Below, piece by piece: positions 1 through 10,903 of a stretch of DNA of 64,000 nt. The translations under genes and the position numbers were made by a program. The stretch covers positions 1 to 64,000 of the IMG/VR virus record IMGVR_UViG_3300017971_000032; one strand, 5' to 3'. Within the stretch, counting starts at the first letter, position 1; each line of letters starts with the position of its first letter. The notes beneath the pieces were generated by a model, which was given only the letters and a program-made list of their open reading frames with translations, was not told where the DNA came from and did no database searches. The DNA comes from a virus.

Positions 1-3
1 GAT

Positions 4-3000
4 GTGGGTGAGGATAATGTTAGTGCTGGAATGACTTTATGGGTAGGTTCAGCTGCTGGTTTGTATGACGTAGGGCGTGTGCGTGTGAGATCCATAGACA
101 CGGCCACTAACACGCTTACGGTAGCTGAAAACAGTGAAATAGAATGGGCCGATGATTTATACCTGATGTGTCCAGGTGCATATGGATTCAGAGAGCTTTG
201 GGGTGTGTATCCACGTTTAACGGAGACTGCGGGTGTGGTCAATTTCTTGATGGACTATGATGAGGATTTTACCAGTCCACAAGACACGGTTTTGCCGCCG
301 AAAGCCAATGCTGGTCCGCCTGCCGTTGCCTGGATTGATAGCGTTACAGGCTTGGCAACGTTACATTTTACAGGCGATCGCAGCTACTCTACTGAGGTAG
401 GGGCTTCTATAGATAGTTACGGATGGAGATTTCCGGGAGCATTTCCGGGTGATTTGCCTGTAGTTGCTCCATACGCGTGGTGGAGTGCGGATGATATTAC
501 TGGGTTAGCTGATGGTGATCCTATAGCTTTATGGAATGACTCGTCTGGGAATGGTTACAATGCCACTCAAGGTATTGCTGCCCGTAGGCCTACTTACCTA
601 ACAAACCAAGTCAACGGGCATCCATGTGCCAGGTTTGATGATGACTACATGGATGTGCCTGCTGGATTCAATAATTTTACTGGCGGTTTGACAATATTCA
701 TAGTCACGAGGTCACATACTAAGGTTGGTGCAGAGGGTTGGTTTGATGTTGGTAATGGTGGCGCGAACAACGACATCGTGCTACTTCGCTCGAACACTGA
801 GGATCTGCGCTATCGGGTATATGATGCTGGCGTACAGACGGAGTTAGAAGGAACAGATGTAATAGAAGAAGATGTGTGGGAGTTGTATGAGATTGTACAA
901 GCTGGTGGTGTTGGTGGCGCTCCATCTAATGCGGATATGTATAAGGACGGATTGTTCGTAACTAATGGTGCTGTTGATGTGCCTAACAATGTTGCTAGAA
1001 ACAATAACTATCTAGGGCGTCAACAGGGTGGGCCCAAGAACTTGCGTGGTGACATAGCGGAGTTGATCATATACGATTATGATTTGACAGATGCGCAAAG
1101 GCTAGATGTGGAGCAGTATCTGTCTACCAAGTATGATTTGCCGTTGTCCAAGGAGGGCACATGTGCGGATCCCGTCACGGTACAGTGGGACACGCCAGGA
1201 TTCTACTACGCTTCTCTCACGGTTATAGATGACACTGCGCAGGCAAGAGAGGCAACGGTTTACGTGCCCGTATGGATCTTCGATGAGTCAAGCGACAACG
1301 CATATGAGAAGCCTTTCAAGCTTCATCAAGTAACTAGTCAGGATGGGGATGAAGACAATGGTTGGAGATTGGCCGTAAAAGCCTTTCAAACCAATTCAGC
1401 AGATGAAGACCACATATATGGTTGGCCAGATGGGGCACTAATTGTACTGTTCACTCGTACATGGTTTGGTGGTATCGAGACAGGCGTAGGTGGGTGGTGT
1501 ATGGCATCAGACAAACACTACCGTGATAACATCAGGTTCGTTGGATGGTTGCTTGGGGAGACGCTTCAACATGATTACGCTTCTGGCATAGTGGAATTTG
1601 AGGCTGTAGCACATGACGGCATAATGGATTTGATACCAGGTTGGCCATTTACTATTGAGGACATAGATGGAGTACCAACTGATTGGTATCAGTTGTCAGA
1701 TCTAAATGTAGATCGCGCTTTGCATTATTTGTTGGAGTATTACAGTACGGTGAATCAGGTATGTCATGTGGAGCGTGTAGGTGAGGGTGATGCTAGAACA
1801 GTGAAAATCCAGTCTTATTCTGGTGAATCATTAGCATCCCAGGCCAGGGATGATTTGTTAGGTGATGCATGTTGTAGGTTGCTGAGTGACCGTCAAGGTA
1901 TATTGTGGGCCACTCGTGACCCACAATTCATGGACGCAGCTGACAGGGCTGGTGTGGATGTAGCATGTCATTTGCTCCAAGCTGATTGGATGAATGACTT
2001 GAGTGAGGAGAAGCCACACAGACCTGAGACTGGTATGGTACGTATAGGCGGATTTGCCTATGACGTGCCCTTGTTGTCCAGGGCGCCAGGAGCAGCGCCA
2101 GTTCAAAGTGCTGGCGATGAAAGACCTGATGGGTTTATATTACAGAACCAGGATGAGGCTAATTTATGGTCCGGTTTGATGTTGACCAGGGCCAATAATG
2201 ATTACCCTCAATTGCCCTTGGAATTGTCTGGTTATTGGCCAGTGTTTGATCCGGCATACCAGGAGTACATACAGCTAACCACCACTGACCCGTTGGGCAG
2301 GTGTGATTGGGCGGATCAGAAGTTTATTGTGCGTGAAGTCAGTTTCAGGGATGACGCAAGCAATAGCACTTGCATCACTTCGCTGGTGCTTGAGAAAGCG
2401 AGTGACATTTTGATTGGTGAGACGGTGGAAGTCCCTGAGACACCAGATCCTCCAAACCCACCTAGACCGTCACCGCCAATTCCTCCTCCACCTTGGGGTG
2501 GTGATTTGAGGCATATGATTTTGGTTACGACTCAAGGCATCTTCATCACAGAGAGCTTTGACGAAGATGAACCGGTGTGGTACGCGGCAAATGGTGGTCT
2601 CAGTACAAATCAGCGTACCAACATCAGAGACGCAGCTTTCGACTTCGCGCATGGATCGCGCATGTTCATGGTTAGCGACCACGCCACGGATGGAGGTGCT
2701 TTCCGCATAAGCGATCTGTGGAGCCGAACTGGCTGGACTCAGCAGTTCACGCCAGCAGATGCTACGAATGCAATTAACGCAGATGGCGGACAGTGCACGC
2801 CACATGTTTGGACGGCATCACAGTGGTCGTGTATCTGCTGTGACCCGATTGACGGCACTGTGGAATGTATTGCTGGCGGATCTATGGCAGGGCCATATAA
2901 CTGTGATCAGCACAAACGCGCGTTCTATAGCAATGACGCGCTAGACACCGTGACCGTCGGTGACATGCTAACCCACGATCCGTTCGTGGGTTGCGCCGCG

Positions 3001-3651
3001 GACCATTGCTCAACACCCTGGGCAGGTTGCGTAACAACGGCGGGCGGCATCAGTACTTACACCTACGTGTGTGGCTGGGCGGCAGGTTCAGACCAGCACG
3101 TGGGCATAAGCTACGACCATGGCAATTATGTAGATACTACACCGGGCCAGATCGGAGCGTGGGCAGCTCGACCAGTTTACCACGCACGTGCGGGTGCTAC
3201 GGTTTACTTCTTTGTTGAGAATGGTAACAATCTCTACTACTCAACAGACAATGGCGCTACGTGGGTGAATGTTGGCGGTGGCGGCGCTTTGCCTCATGGT
3301 GTGCCTATTACAGCTTACAACGACAAACAGGTATTGACTGTGCACAATCTCGAACTATCAAACCTGCTGTACTGTGGTGGGGCTAACCTTCAACTTAGCA
3401 CAGATGGCGGCGCGACTTGGGCAGCTACCACCACCAACGTGGCCAGTTCGTGCAGTGCGGCACCTGCGATGGTTGCTGGGTATCCAGAGGGAGAGGCTTT
3501 CATCGTGGCGACCGGTGCTGCACCTTGGGTTTGCCTTACTGTTGACTTGGGCATTTCATGGGAAGACAAGACGGGCAATCTCGGCACATGGTTGGGTGCG
3601 GGTGATGCTGTCTATGGAATCTTTCCTGTACAGGAAGGATTGGTGGTATGA
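4..3651 (+). CDS. Large tail/baseplate protein, 5'-truncated by the window edge; LamG/ConA-like domain, Pro-rich linker, C-terminal BNR/beta-propeller repeats
   Basis: WWSADDI...WNDSSGNGYNATQ...GDIAELIIYD LamG-like segment; SxDxGxTW Asp-box repeats; adjacent to tail fibre. Confidence 0.7.
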   Translation: MGEDNVSAGMTLWVGSAAGLYDVGRVRVRSIDTATNTLTVAENSEIEWADDLYLMCPGAYGFRELWGVYPRLTETAGVVNFLMDYDEDFTSPQDTVLPPKANAGPPAVAWIDSVTGLATLHFTGDRSYSTEVGASIDSYGWRFPGAFPGDLPVVAPYAWWSADDITGLADGDPIALWNDSSGNGYNATQGIAARRPTYLTNQVNGHPCARFDDDYMDVPAGFNNFTGGLTIFIVTRSHTKVGAEGWFDVGNGGANNDIVLLRSNTEDLRYRVYDAGVQTELEGTDVIEEDVWELYEIVQAGGVGGAPSNADMYKDGLFVTNGAVDVPNNVARNNNYLGRQQGGPKNLRGDIAELIIYDYDLTDAQRLDVEQYLSTKYDLPLSKEGTCADPVTVQWDTPGFYYASLTVIDDTAQAREATVYVPVWIFDESSDNAYEKPFKLHQVTSQDGDEDNGWRLAVKAFQTNSADEDHIYGWPDGALIVLFTRTWFGGIETGVGGWCMASDKHYRDNIRFVGWLLGETLQHDYASGIVEFEAVAHDGIMDLIPGWPFTIEDIDGVPTDWYQLSDLNVDRALHYLLEYYSTVNQVCHVERVGEGDARTVKIQSYSGESLASQARDDLLGDACCRLLSDRQGILWATRDPQFMDAADRAGVDVACHLLQADWMNDLSEEKPHRPETGMVRIGGFAYDVPLLSRAPGAAPVQSAGDERPDGFILQNQDEANLWSGLMLTRANNDYPQLPLELSGYWPVFDPAYQEYIQLTTTDPLGRCDWADQKFIVREVSFRDDASNSTCITSLVLEKASDILIGETVEVPETPDPPNPPRPSPPIPPPPWGGDLRHMILVTTQGIFITESFDEDEPVWYAANGGLSTNQRTNIRDAAFDFAHGSRMFMVSDHATDGGAFRISDLWSRTGWTQQFTPADATNAINADGGQCTPHVWTASQWSCICCDPIDGTVECIAGGSMAGPYNCDQHKRAFYSNDALDTVTVGDMLTHDPFVGCAADHCSTPWAGCVTTAGGISTYTYVCGWAAGSDQHVGISYDHGNYVDTTPGQIGAWAARPVYHARAGATVYFFVENGNNLYYSTDNGATWVNVGGGGALPHGVPITAYNDKQVLTVHNLELSNLLYCGGANLQLSTDGGATWAATTTNVASSCSAAPAMVAGYPEGEAFIVATGAAPWVCLTVDLGISWEDKTGNLGTWLGAGDAVYGIFPVQEGLVV

Positions 3652-6600
3652 CTTCTGTAGCAGATCGACTAAGGCTTAGAAGATTGTTGGAGAGGCCATC
3701 CTCTGACAAGGAAACTACGCCAAGACGATTTACAGCTAAATTGGGTGATGGGCAAGGCAATGTGGAGGTGCCGGGCAAGCACTCAACAGTATACATCCGT
3801 AGAGGAGGCAGGTCACGGATCCAAGAAGCGCTAAACGTGCACGTGCCAAAGTGGGATGAACTGCCCGTCATCGTTGGCTACGAGCAAGAGAACCCCGACA
3901 CTTTGCAGGTGCTGAGGGTAGATTGGGGCGCGCTCAAGAATGGCGGCAATCTGGCTTTCGTCCCAAGCCATCACGAAAACCACGAGCTCTTAAACCCTGA
4001 TGGCGGTGGGGATGTGGTTTGGGTACGCAAGACGCAAGTCATTCCCCTGGCACCATTCCCGACTAATCCCCCGTCAATGCAGCTTTGGATTCAAAAAGAC
4101 TTCTACCCCTGGGGCGCAAGCTGGAAGTACTGGCCCGGCGGTCTCACTGCGGATCTTTCCGCCTACCTTCCACACGCCTATAGTGGTGTTTATGTGCTTG
4201 TCACGATCGACGGCGCGACCAATGCCCTACAATACACCAGCGGCACAGAATACCCCTATTGGCCTCCCCTGGCAGAGGAAGACGCAATCCCAGCAGCACC
4301 AAGTGGAAGCGTGCCAATTGCAGCGGTTTACCTCTACTCGAAACAAAACCTAATCCCCAATTCCAACTTCTTGCTCTTTGCATCGTTTGAGGCATTGGGT
4401 GGGGCGCCACCAGTGTTTTTCAACTGGACTGACGTGTTAGGTCTGGGCGTGCTGGCTGCTGACAACGTGACGAAGCGCACCGGCGCGCGATCATGCACCA
4501 TCACGGAAGGTGGTGGCGGTCGTGACACCGGATGCTACCAAGATTTTGCGGTCATAGAAGGACACCGCTACCAGATTCGTTTTTGGAACTACGGCGATGG
4601 TGGCGCTAATGACGGCGCTTACCGCGTTTATGACGTGACGAATGGTGTAGACATCATTGCCACCACAGGGACGGGGCACACGGCGGCAGCTTGGCAGGAG
4701 GTAGCCACATCATTTGTGGCTCCGGATGGTTGCGCCACGGCGCGACTCTATTTCTACTGCCCGGCAGCGGGCGGTTCCCAAACGTGGTTCGAGGATGTGA
4801 CCGTCACCGAGGTCAACACGTCCTTGGACTGGGACAGCTTCAGAGACATGCGCCTGTTCAACCAGCCAATGCCAGGCAGTATTGCACCAGCTGTTGATGA
4901 CTGGATTGGCATCACGGCATCTAACGAGGTCGTGTTCCAGCCTGACAATGTAGCGGTTTATTTTGACGCCACTGATACGCTTGTTGAATACGCAGATCCA
5001 GACGATGCTTTCGCAGTGGCGGGCGGATTCGATGTGATTTTAGTACCACCAGGGCAGCACTTCCTTAGTTCTTGTCACGCTACCACAGCCAGTATTGTGG
5101 GTATGTTTGGGACACAAGCTGGATCATCCGAACCGGATTGTGAACTGTACGGGCATAATGCCGGTGGCGACACGCTGATTAGCGTAACCAGTGGCAATGT
5201 ACAAAATGTGTCTGTGAATTACATTCGGGATTCAGGCGACGCCACCGCGCTGGAAATTACAGACGGCGGTGCGTTCAATGTGTTTGCTAGTGGATACAGC
5301 AAGGATGCAGATGGTATAGGCATCAAGGCGGACGACTCGGAGCTATACCATTGTGAGGGTGTTGGTTTCTCCCTCAACTTCGTTGATTCTGTAGGCATCT
5401 GGGCCAGTGATTCGGTACTCTGGGATTGCTACGGCCATGCCAGTTCTGAGGAAGCCACAGCGGTTAATGTGTTCGGTATCTACATAGACACCGCCAGTTG
5501 CATACTGCATTATTGCAAGGGTGAGGCAACCGATGCAAACGGCATCCGCTACGGGATTTGTGCGGATGCCGTCAACGCGTACCTCTACCATTGCTATGGC
5601 AGTGGTGCGGATGGTGACATAGCGGCGATTAACGCGGCGGTGGTGTATGTCTACAGTGTGCAGTATGACTCAAGTGTGGGCACCGTCACCCAAATGTCAG
5701 GCGACCGGGCAGGGATTGCAAGAGACGAAACCATCACGGGCACATGGACTTTTGAAGAGGAGATCACGCAGGCAGAGCAAGCGGGCGATCCGGGCGCACC
5801 AGGTGCGGGCTATGCTAGGCTCTATCCGAAAGACGATGCGGGCCAGACCAAATACTACTTCCAAGACGACGCCGGCAGCGTCTACGAAATCCAAGGCATC
5901 GTGGAAGATCTAACCGTCACGGTCGGTGGCGCTGGCGACTTCGCCGCGATACAAGCGGCGGTCAATTGGCTCAAAAATTGGATCATCAAAGGCGATTGCG
6001 TCATAGACTGCGACGCGGCGGCCTACGATGAAGCGGTAGAATTTGCGGACTTGCTCATTTGTCCCGGCAGTACCCTGACGCTGGAAGGCGACACACGCGC
6101 GCTTGTCGGAATTAGCTACGTAGACGGGGCCTCGATGAACCAAGCAGCGATTGCCAACGGCGGAAGCGGTACATGCGCACTGGCGACGAACGCAGCAAGG
6201 GACCAAATCACGGTGACCGGCACGGCTGGTAATCCGGATTTTTCAACGGCTGGTATTGTGAACAGTGACCGCATTCTTGTCTATGCAGACGACGGCAACA
6301 GTTACGAGCGCATTGTCAACACGGTAGATCCGGGCGGCGCGGGCACGAACATTATAGAAATCACGGTTGCGCTTCCAGTTGGCGCAACTCTTGGCAACGA
6401 TGCAACGGCGATTTGCCTACTACCAGACCGCAGCGTTGAGAGAACGGCAGCGGGTGAGTGTGTTGAGGTTAACACTGTGCGCGGCATCGTGTTGGCTGGC
6501 TGGTACTTGCAACCGTCAACCGGCGCGGACTGCCATGGCGTCTACACACACAATCACGGCGCGGTGACGTGTGAGAATGTGGCAGTTGAGGCAGAAGACT

Positions 6601-7040
6601 ACGGGTTCTACGCGCTCGATCAGAATTCGTTTTTGTACGCTGAGGATGGTGCGTGCTCTGCCTGGAACTGCGAACGCGCGTTTGTGGCCGGTGGTCCGCT
6701 CGGCGGTGTTGCTGCGCTGGACGCTACTTATTCAGTTGTCATCAATGCAAGTGTGTTTGGCTACTACGCAAACAACTTCAGTTACATTGGCGCTGACTAC
6801 ACAATCGGGGCAAACTGCGGTCAGGCCTACCGCGCAAATCAATTCTCAGAGATTTATTGCAACGCTGCCACTGCCAGGCAAAACACTTCTGGGTATGTGA
6901 GTTACTACAGTTCGCTTATTCAGGCGACGAACACCAACAACAACAACAATGGCAATGGTGCAGATTACTCACCATTGCCAGGTGCGTTTCCAGGCAGCAA
7001 CCAGGGTAACCATTACGCGGTAATTTACGCAAGCAATTGA
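3648..7040 (+). CDS. Tail fibre/tailspike with CBM4/9-like carbohydrate-binding domain and pectin-lyase-like beta-helix regions
   Basis: NLIPNSNF...GHRYQIRFW...WFEDVTV CBM-like motif; TVGGAGDFAAIQAAVN tailspike motif; G/A/C/N-rich repeats. Confidence 0.7.
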   Translation: MTSVADRLRLRRLLERPSSDKETTPRRFTAKLGDGQGNVEVPGKHSTVYIRRGGRSRIQEALNVHVPKWDELPVIVGYEQENPDTLQVLRVDWGALKNGGNLAFVPSHHENHELLNPDGGGDVVWVRKTQVIPLAPFPTNPPSMQLWIQKDFYPWGASWKYWPGGLTADLSAYLPHAYSGVYVLVTIDGATNALQYTSGTEYPYWPPLAEEDAIPAAPSGSVPIAAVYLYSKQNLIPNSNFLLFASFEALGGAPPVFFNWTDVLGLGVLAADNVTKRTGARSCTITEGGGGRDTGCYQDFAVIEGHRYQIRFWNYGDGGANDGAYRVYDVTNGVDIIATTGTGHTAAAWQEVATSFVAPDGCATARLYFYCPAAGGSQTWFEDVTVTEVNTSLDWDSFRDMRLFNQPMPGSIAPAVDDWIGITASNEVVFQPDNVAVYFDATDTLVEYADPDDAFAVAGGFDVILVPPGQHFLSSCHATTASIVGMFGTQAGSSEPDCELYGHNAGGDTLISVTSGNVQNVSVNYIRDSGDATALEITDGGAFNVFASGYSKDADGIGIKADDSELYHCEGVGFSLNFVDSVGIWASDSVLWDCYGHASSEEATAVNVFGIYIDTASCILHYCKGEATDANGIRYGICADAVNAYLYHCYGSGADGDIAAINAAVVYVYSVQYDSSVGTVTQMSGDRAGIARDETITGTWTFEEEITQAEQAGDPGAPGAGYARLYPKDDAGQTKYYFQDDAGSVYEIQGIVEDLTVTVGGAGDFAAIQAAVNWLKNWIIKGDCVIDCDAAAYDEAVEFADLLICPGSTLTLEGDTRALVGISYVDGASMNQAAIANGGSGTCALATNAARDQITVTGTAGNPDFSTAGIVNSDRILVYADDGNSYERIVNTVDPGGAGTNIIEITVALPVGATLGNDATAICLLPDRSVERTAAGECVEVNTVRGIVLAGWYLQPSTGADCHGVYTHNHGAVTCENVAVEAEDYGFYALDQNSFLYAEDGACSAWNCERAFVAGGPLGGVAALDATYSVVINASVFGYYANNFSYIGADYTIGANCGQAYRANQFSEIYCNAATARQNTSGYVSYYSSLIQATNTNNNNNGNGADYSPLPGAFPGSNQGNHYAVIYASN

Positions 7041-7049
7041 GGTGGCCAA

Positions 7050-7421
7050 ATGTGGCTCATAATTCGCAACTCAGACAGCGCGGTGGTAGGAACCAACTAC
7101 GCCACGCAAGCACCAGCGGCGCCAAACGGGCATACTGTAAAAGAGTGGTTTGGGCCAGAGCCAGCTTTACATGATCCGGTGGAAGGCGTAGAGAGCTACG
7201 ATCCAACGCTTGACGATCCAGATTGGAAGATCTTAGCAAACTTGCGCATTGATTTTGACGCGCTGGCAGACAAGGCAGACAACGAAGTGGCGTGGCTAGA
7301 AGCTGCCATACCGCAGATTGAGACTGCCAACCTAGATGAGTTGCGCATGTTACTATCAAGATTGATGCGACAGAATACAGTAATGATAAAGGCATGGCGT
7401 TATATAGTGCGCAGGTTGTGA
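7050..7421 (+). CDS. Small protein after tail fibre (possible assembly chaperone)
   Basis: GAGGTGG RBS; position directly after fibre gene. Confidence 0.45.
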   Translation: MWLIIRNSDSAVVGTNYATQAPAAPNGHTVKEWFGPEPALHDPVEGVESYDPTLDDPDWKILANLRIDFDALADKADNEVAWLEAAIPQIETANLDELRMLLSRLMRQNTVMIKAWRYIVRRL

Positions 7422-7430
7422 TTGCTGACC

Positions 7431-7442
7431 CGGTTTAGTATA
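7431..7442 (+). promoter_or_regulatory. Phage promoter motif CGGTTTAGTATA copy 1 (predicted leaderless start at ATG 7445)
   Basis: Exact 12-mer recurring at intergenic sites. Confidence 0.75.
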
Positions 7443-7444
7443 AT

Positions 7445-8824
7445 ATGAGAGTGAAGTTCATATGCCAACCGTTGTATACACAATTCAAGTGTGGGGATGC
7501 CGGGGCCAAAGATATACTAGAAGTTATTCAGGTTGTAAGGCATGCCACCAGTGCTAGACCTGAAGGCTATAGGTATATGCCCAGGTACCGTGCTGGCACT
7601 TGGGATGGTTATATACAACTATTGAAGGGCGAGAAATTCCCTACAGGCTTGTTGGGCCTAGTTGTGGATAGCCTACGCGACATCGGCATTAGTAGTATAG
7701 AGATAGTACATTATAATACTCCAGACCGCGATCCGCATTCTGTAGTTCCCCATTTGTTTGAAGATATTACATTGCGTCCATATCAGGTGAAGGCTGCACG
7801 CACCATGTTGAGTTACGGACGTGGTGTAGCTAACATGGCCACTAATGCAGGAAAAACGTTAGTGTTTGCCTCTATGATAAAGCAAGTTAGTTGTAGTGCT
7901 TTAGTACTAACAACTGACTTGGATTTATTGTATCAAACATCCTCCAGATTGTCTATTAGGTTGAATGAAGATATAGGCTTAATAGGGGATGGACATTGGG
8001 AGTTGAATAGGGTTACTGTAGGCACTATCCAAACATTGTCCAGACACTTAGACAGAGCCAAATCAGATTTTAATAATCTAGGTATGATAGTATTTGATGA
8101 GTGTCATCACATACCTAGCAAGACTAGTCAGGCTGTAATGTATAATGTGCCCGCACCACTCAGATATGGGTTCTCCGGCACACCTTTGAGCAACGATAGA
8201 TTGACTGATTTGATATTGATAGGTGCTACAGGCCCAGTATTGGTAGAAGTATCTAATGCCCAACTGATATACCAAGGCATATCAGCTGAACCTCATGTTA
8301 TGATGTTGGTAGTGACTGATGGATCTATGTATGATCTCAAATGGAGTGATGCTTACGATGAGTTAATAGTGCACAATGATGTGCGCAATAGTAGATTGGT
8401 GGATGCTGTTATGGGTTATGGGGCAACGTCCACTTTGATACTAGTGGAACGTTTGGAGCATGGAGTATTATTGGAGCGCATGATAGATGGATCCAAGTTT
8501 GTGAATGGCGGTTCAGAGGCTGACGAGCGCCAAGCGGCATTAGATAGTTTGCGTGAAGGTGAGGGAGCCGTAGTCATATCTACGCCTATATTTGATGAGG
8601 GTGTAGATGTGCCTGCTGTGAGTATGCTTGTGTTGGCAGGTGGAGGTAAAAGTCCACGCAAGTTGTTGCAGAGATTGGGACGTGGCATGCGGCGCAAAGA
8701 GAATGATAATGTGTTACATGTATTGGATTTTGTGGATGATACTAATGAGTATTTACTGAGACACAGTCTGCAACGTGCAGAAGTGTATGAGGAGGAAGGC
8801 TTTAGTGTGGAGATAGTGGAATGA
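7445..8824 (+). CDS. Superfamily 2 DExH helicase (UvsW-like)
   Basis: ATNAGKT, DECHH, SGTP, EGVDVP, QRLGRGMR motifs. Confidence 0.9.
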   Translation: MRVKFICQPLYTQFKCGDAGAKDILEVIQVVRHATSARPEGYRYMPRYRAGTWDGYIQLLKGEKFPTGLLGLVVDSLRDIGISSIEIVHYNTPDRDPHSVVPHLFEDITLRPYQVKAARTMLSYGRGVANMATNAGKTLVFASMIKQVSCSALVLTTDLDLLYQTSSRLSIRLNEDIGLIGDGHWELNRVTVGTIQTLSRHLDRAKSDFNNLGMIVFDECHHIPSKTSQAVMYNVPAPLRYGFSGTPLSNDRLTDLILIGATGPVLVEVSNAQLIYQGISAEPHVMMLVVTDGSMYDLKWSDAYDELIVHNDVRNSRLVDAVMGYGATSTLILVERLEHGVLLERMIDGSKFVNGGSEADERQAALDSLREGEGAVVISTPIFDEGVDVPAVSMLVLAGGGKSPRKLLQRLGRGMRRKENDNVLHVLDFVDDTNEYLLRHSLQRAEVYEEEGFSVEIVE

Positions 8825-9324
8825 TAATCCACCCATTAAAGCAAGCATATATTGATGTGGTTTGGGAGCGCTATGGTGCTAGACTAGGCAGAGGAGACAA
8901 GAATCCGGAGCGCACAGAGGTGATAGCGCAGAAGGTAATTGCACTAGGCTTGGATTATAATGTGTTTGTAAGCCTTGCAGTAAGGATGTGGGATGGGTGG
9001 GCAGATAGGCAGGGATGGCCGTATCCTTATTGGAATGTGGTTACTGGTGATGCCACATTCCAAAGATTGGAGCAATTTATAGATCTGGGTGGAGACACGC
9101 TGGATATTGATACAGCCTCAGATTTTGAGGCTGAATTGATGTTTGCTGTGTCTTATGTGAAATGGGTGCGTGGGTTGCATGGTAGCAAACCTAGGCGTAT
9201 TAAGGATGTATGCATTAAGATTCAAGTTGCCGTGGCGGAGCACATATGTAGACAATATGGTGTGCCTTCGATTACATCTGACTTGAATTACATAGCGGAG
9301 CAATTAGGAGACAAACTTGACTGA
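8821..9324 (+). CDS. Hypothetical protein in replication module
   Basis: Overlap-coupled to both neighbours. Confidence 0.6.
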   Translation: MIIHPLKQAYIDVVWERYGARLGRGDKNPERTEVIAQKVIALGLDYNVFVSLAVRMWDGWADRQGWPYPYWNVVTGDATFQRLEQFIDLGGDTLDIDTASDFEAELMFAVSYVKWVRGLHGSKPRRIKDVCIKIQVAVAEHICRQYGVPSITSDLNYIAEQLGDKLD

Positions 9325-10552
9325 TATGGTGGCTAACACAGCAGAATTCAGAATGACAATATTAGCTATGATGGCATTCTCTGATTGGTTGTCACGCTAT
9401 GGTACTATATTGAGGCCTGAACACTTCCCATCTAAAGATGAGCGTGATGTGGTTAAGTGGTTGAATGACTACTACGCCACGTACGGGGTTGAGCCTAGTG
9501 ATGTGGATGTTGTGGAAGGATTGAGTGATAACCCGCTGTGGGATGCTATAGTAGCGGCCATCCCAAGCGTGACGGATCATACTGTGGATATGGCTGTCAC
9601 ATTTGCCCAAACGCAGGCTATGATTTGTGCTATAACTACATCCGTGGAGGACATACGTGCGGGTGATTTATCGAATGTGCGTGGACGCATAGAAGAGGCA
9701 TTGAGGGTAGGCCAAGATCTGACGGAGTTGGGTCAGGAATTGGTGAGGGATGCTGATGATTGGTTGTACGAGGAGACCACAGCACGTCATTATCCTACTG
9801 GTTGGGTGTCTATAGATAATGCGTTGAAGGGTGGCATGGTTGGTGGAGAGTATGGTTTGATATTAGCGCCAACAGGTCATGGCAAGACTACTGCATTGAT
9901 TAATATAGGGTATGCCTTGGCAGGTTTGTATGGCAAGGCAAATGTGGTTCATGTGACTTATGAGATGCCGCAGCACAAAGTGTTGAAACGTTATGCGGTG
10001 CGTGTGGTGGGCCATGGGTACGATAGGGATGAAAATATTAAGCCTTATGTGAATGAATTGCTCAGTCGTGCCAAGGTTAGTTTGAGGGCCAAATTGCGGG
10101 TGGTGAGTGGTATAGATAAGACATTGAGTGCCCTGAGACAACTTATTGACAATCTTGCTAGTGATGATTTCTATACGGATGCATTGATTGTAGATTATGC
10201 GGATTTGATGCACCCACCTCACAAGCGTAATGAGTACAGATTTGAGTTGAGTGATATAGCCAGAGGCTTGAGGGCTGTAGCAGAGGATTACGACATACCA
10301 GTGTGGAGCGCATCACAGGCAGGGCGTCAAGCTATAGGTAAGAATTGGGTGGACGTGTCGGACATAGCTGAGGACATAGGTAAAGCCTCAATAGCGGATG
10401 TGATAATAGCTATATGTCGTAGCAGTGATGAGATAAAGCTTGGGCAAGGAAGATTGTTTGCGGCCAAGTTGAGGGATGCCAAAGATCATTTCCCAGTGCC
10501 TGTGAAGATAGATTTTGCTAGACAATTGATAGCGCAACGTTATGACAAGTGA
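9317..10552 (+). CDS. dnaB: DnaB-like replicative helicase
   Basis: APTGHGKT Walker A, TYEM, IVDYADLM, VWSASQ, AKLRD. Confidence 0.9.
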   Translation: MTDMVANTAEFRMTILAMMAFSDWLSRYGTILRPEHFPSKDERDVVKWLNDYYATYGVEPSDVDVVEGLSDNPLWDAIVAAIPSVTDHTVDMAVTFAQTQAMICAITTSVEDIRAGDLSNVRGRIEEALRVGQDLTELGQELVRDADDWLYEETTARHYPTGWVSIDNALKGGMVGGEYGLILAPTGHGKTTALINIGYALAGLYGKANVVHVTYEMPQHKVLKRYAVRVVGHGYDRDENIKPYVNELLSRAKVSLRAKLRVVSGIDKTLSALRQLIDNLASDDFYTDALIVDYADLMHPPHKRNEYRFELSDIARGLRAVAEDYDIPVWSASQAGRQAIGKNWVDVSDIAEDIGKASIADVIIAICRSSDEIKLGQGRLFAAKLRDAKDHFPVPVKIDFARQLIAQRYDK

Positions 10553-10903
10553 TTACGATGCTTATTGCAAGGAAGTACTAGAAGACAGCCTCATCATTAC
10601 CCATGCTTGGCAACGCAGGTTGGTGCTTGAGATGTTGCAGGAGTTATGGGATAATGATGTGATAGTGGAGTATGTATGGGCTATGTCTTCAGGCTATCCT
10701 ACCATAGTAGTGAATGCTCTGGCTGTGGATACTGACAATTCGGAGTGCGAGGTTGTAGCCACTTGGGCTTATGATAAAGAGTTGCAGTCTGAACCGGACG
10801 CATGGCCGTGGATTATGGTGGATTTGGAGTTGAAGGACGTAGCTTCTGAGGCAGAGATTGACAATGATGATTGATAGCGCAACGTTATGACAAGTGATTA
10901 CGA
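10525..10903 (+). repeat. 34-bp exact direct repeat (10525-10558 and 10870-10903) marking the tandem duplication
   Basis: attgatagcgcaacgttatgacaagtgattacga occurs twice. Confidence 0.9.
10542..10874 (+). CDS. Acidic hypothetical protein, tandem paralog 1
   Basis: Shares MTSDY..YC, LEML.ELW, VEYVWAMS, MVDLEL with the next ORF. Confidence 0.7.
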   Translation: MTSDYDAYCKEVLEDSLIITHAWQRRLVLEMLQELWDNDVIVEYVWAMSSGYPTIVVNALAVDTDNSECEVVATWAYDKELQSEPDAWPWIMVDLELKDVASEAEIDNDD

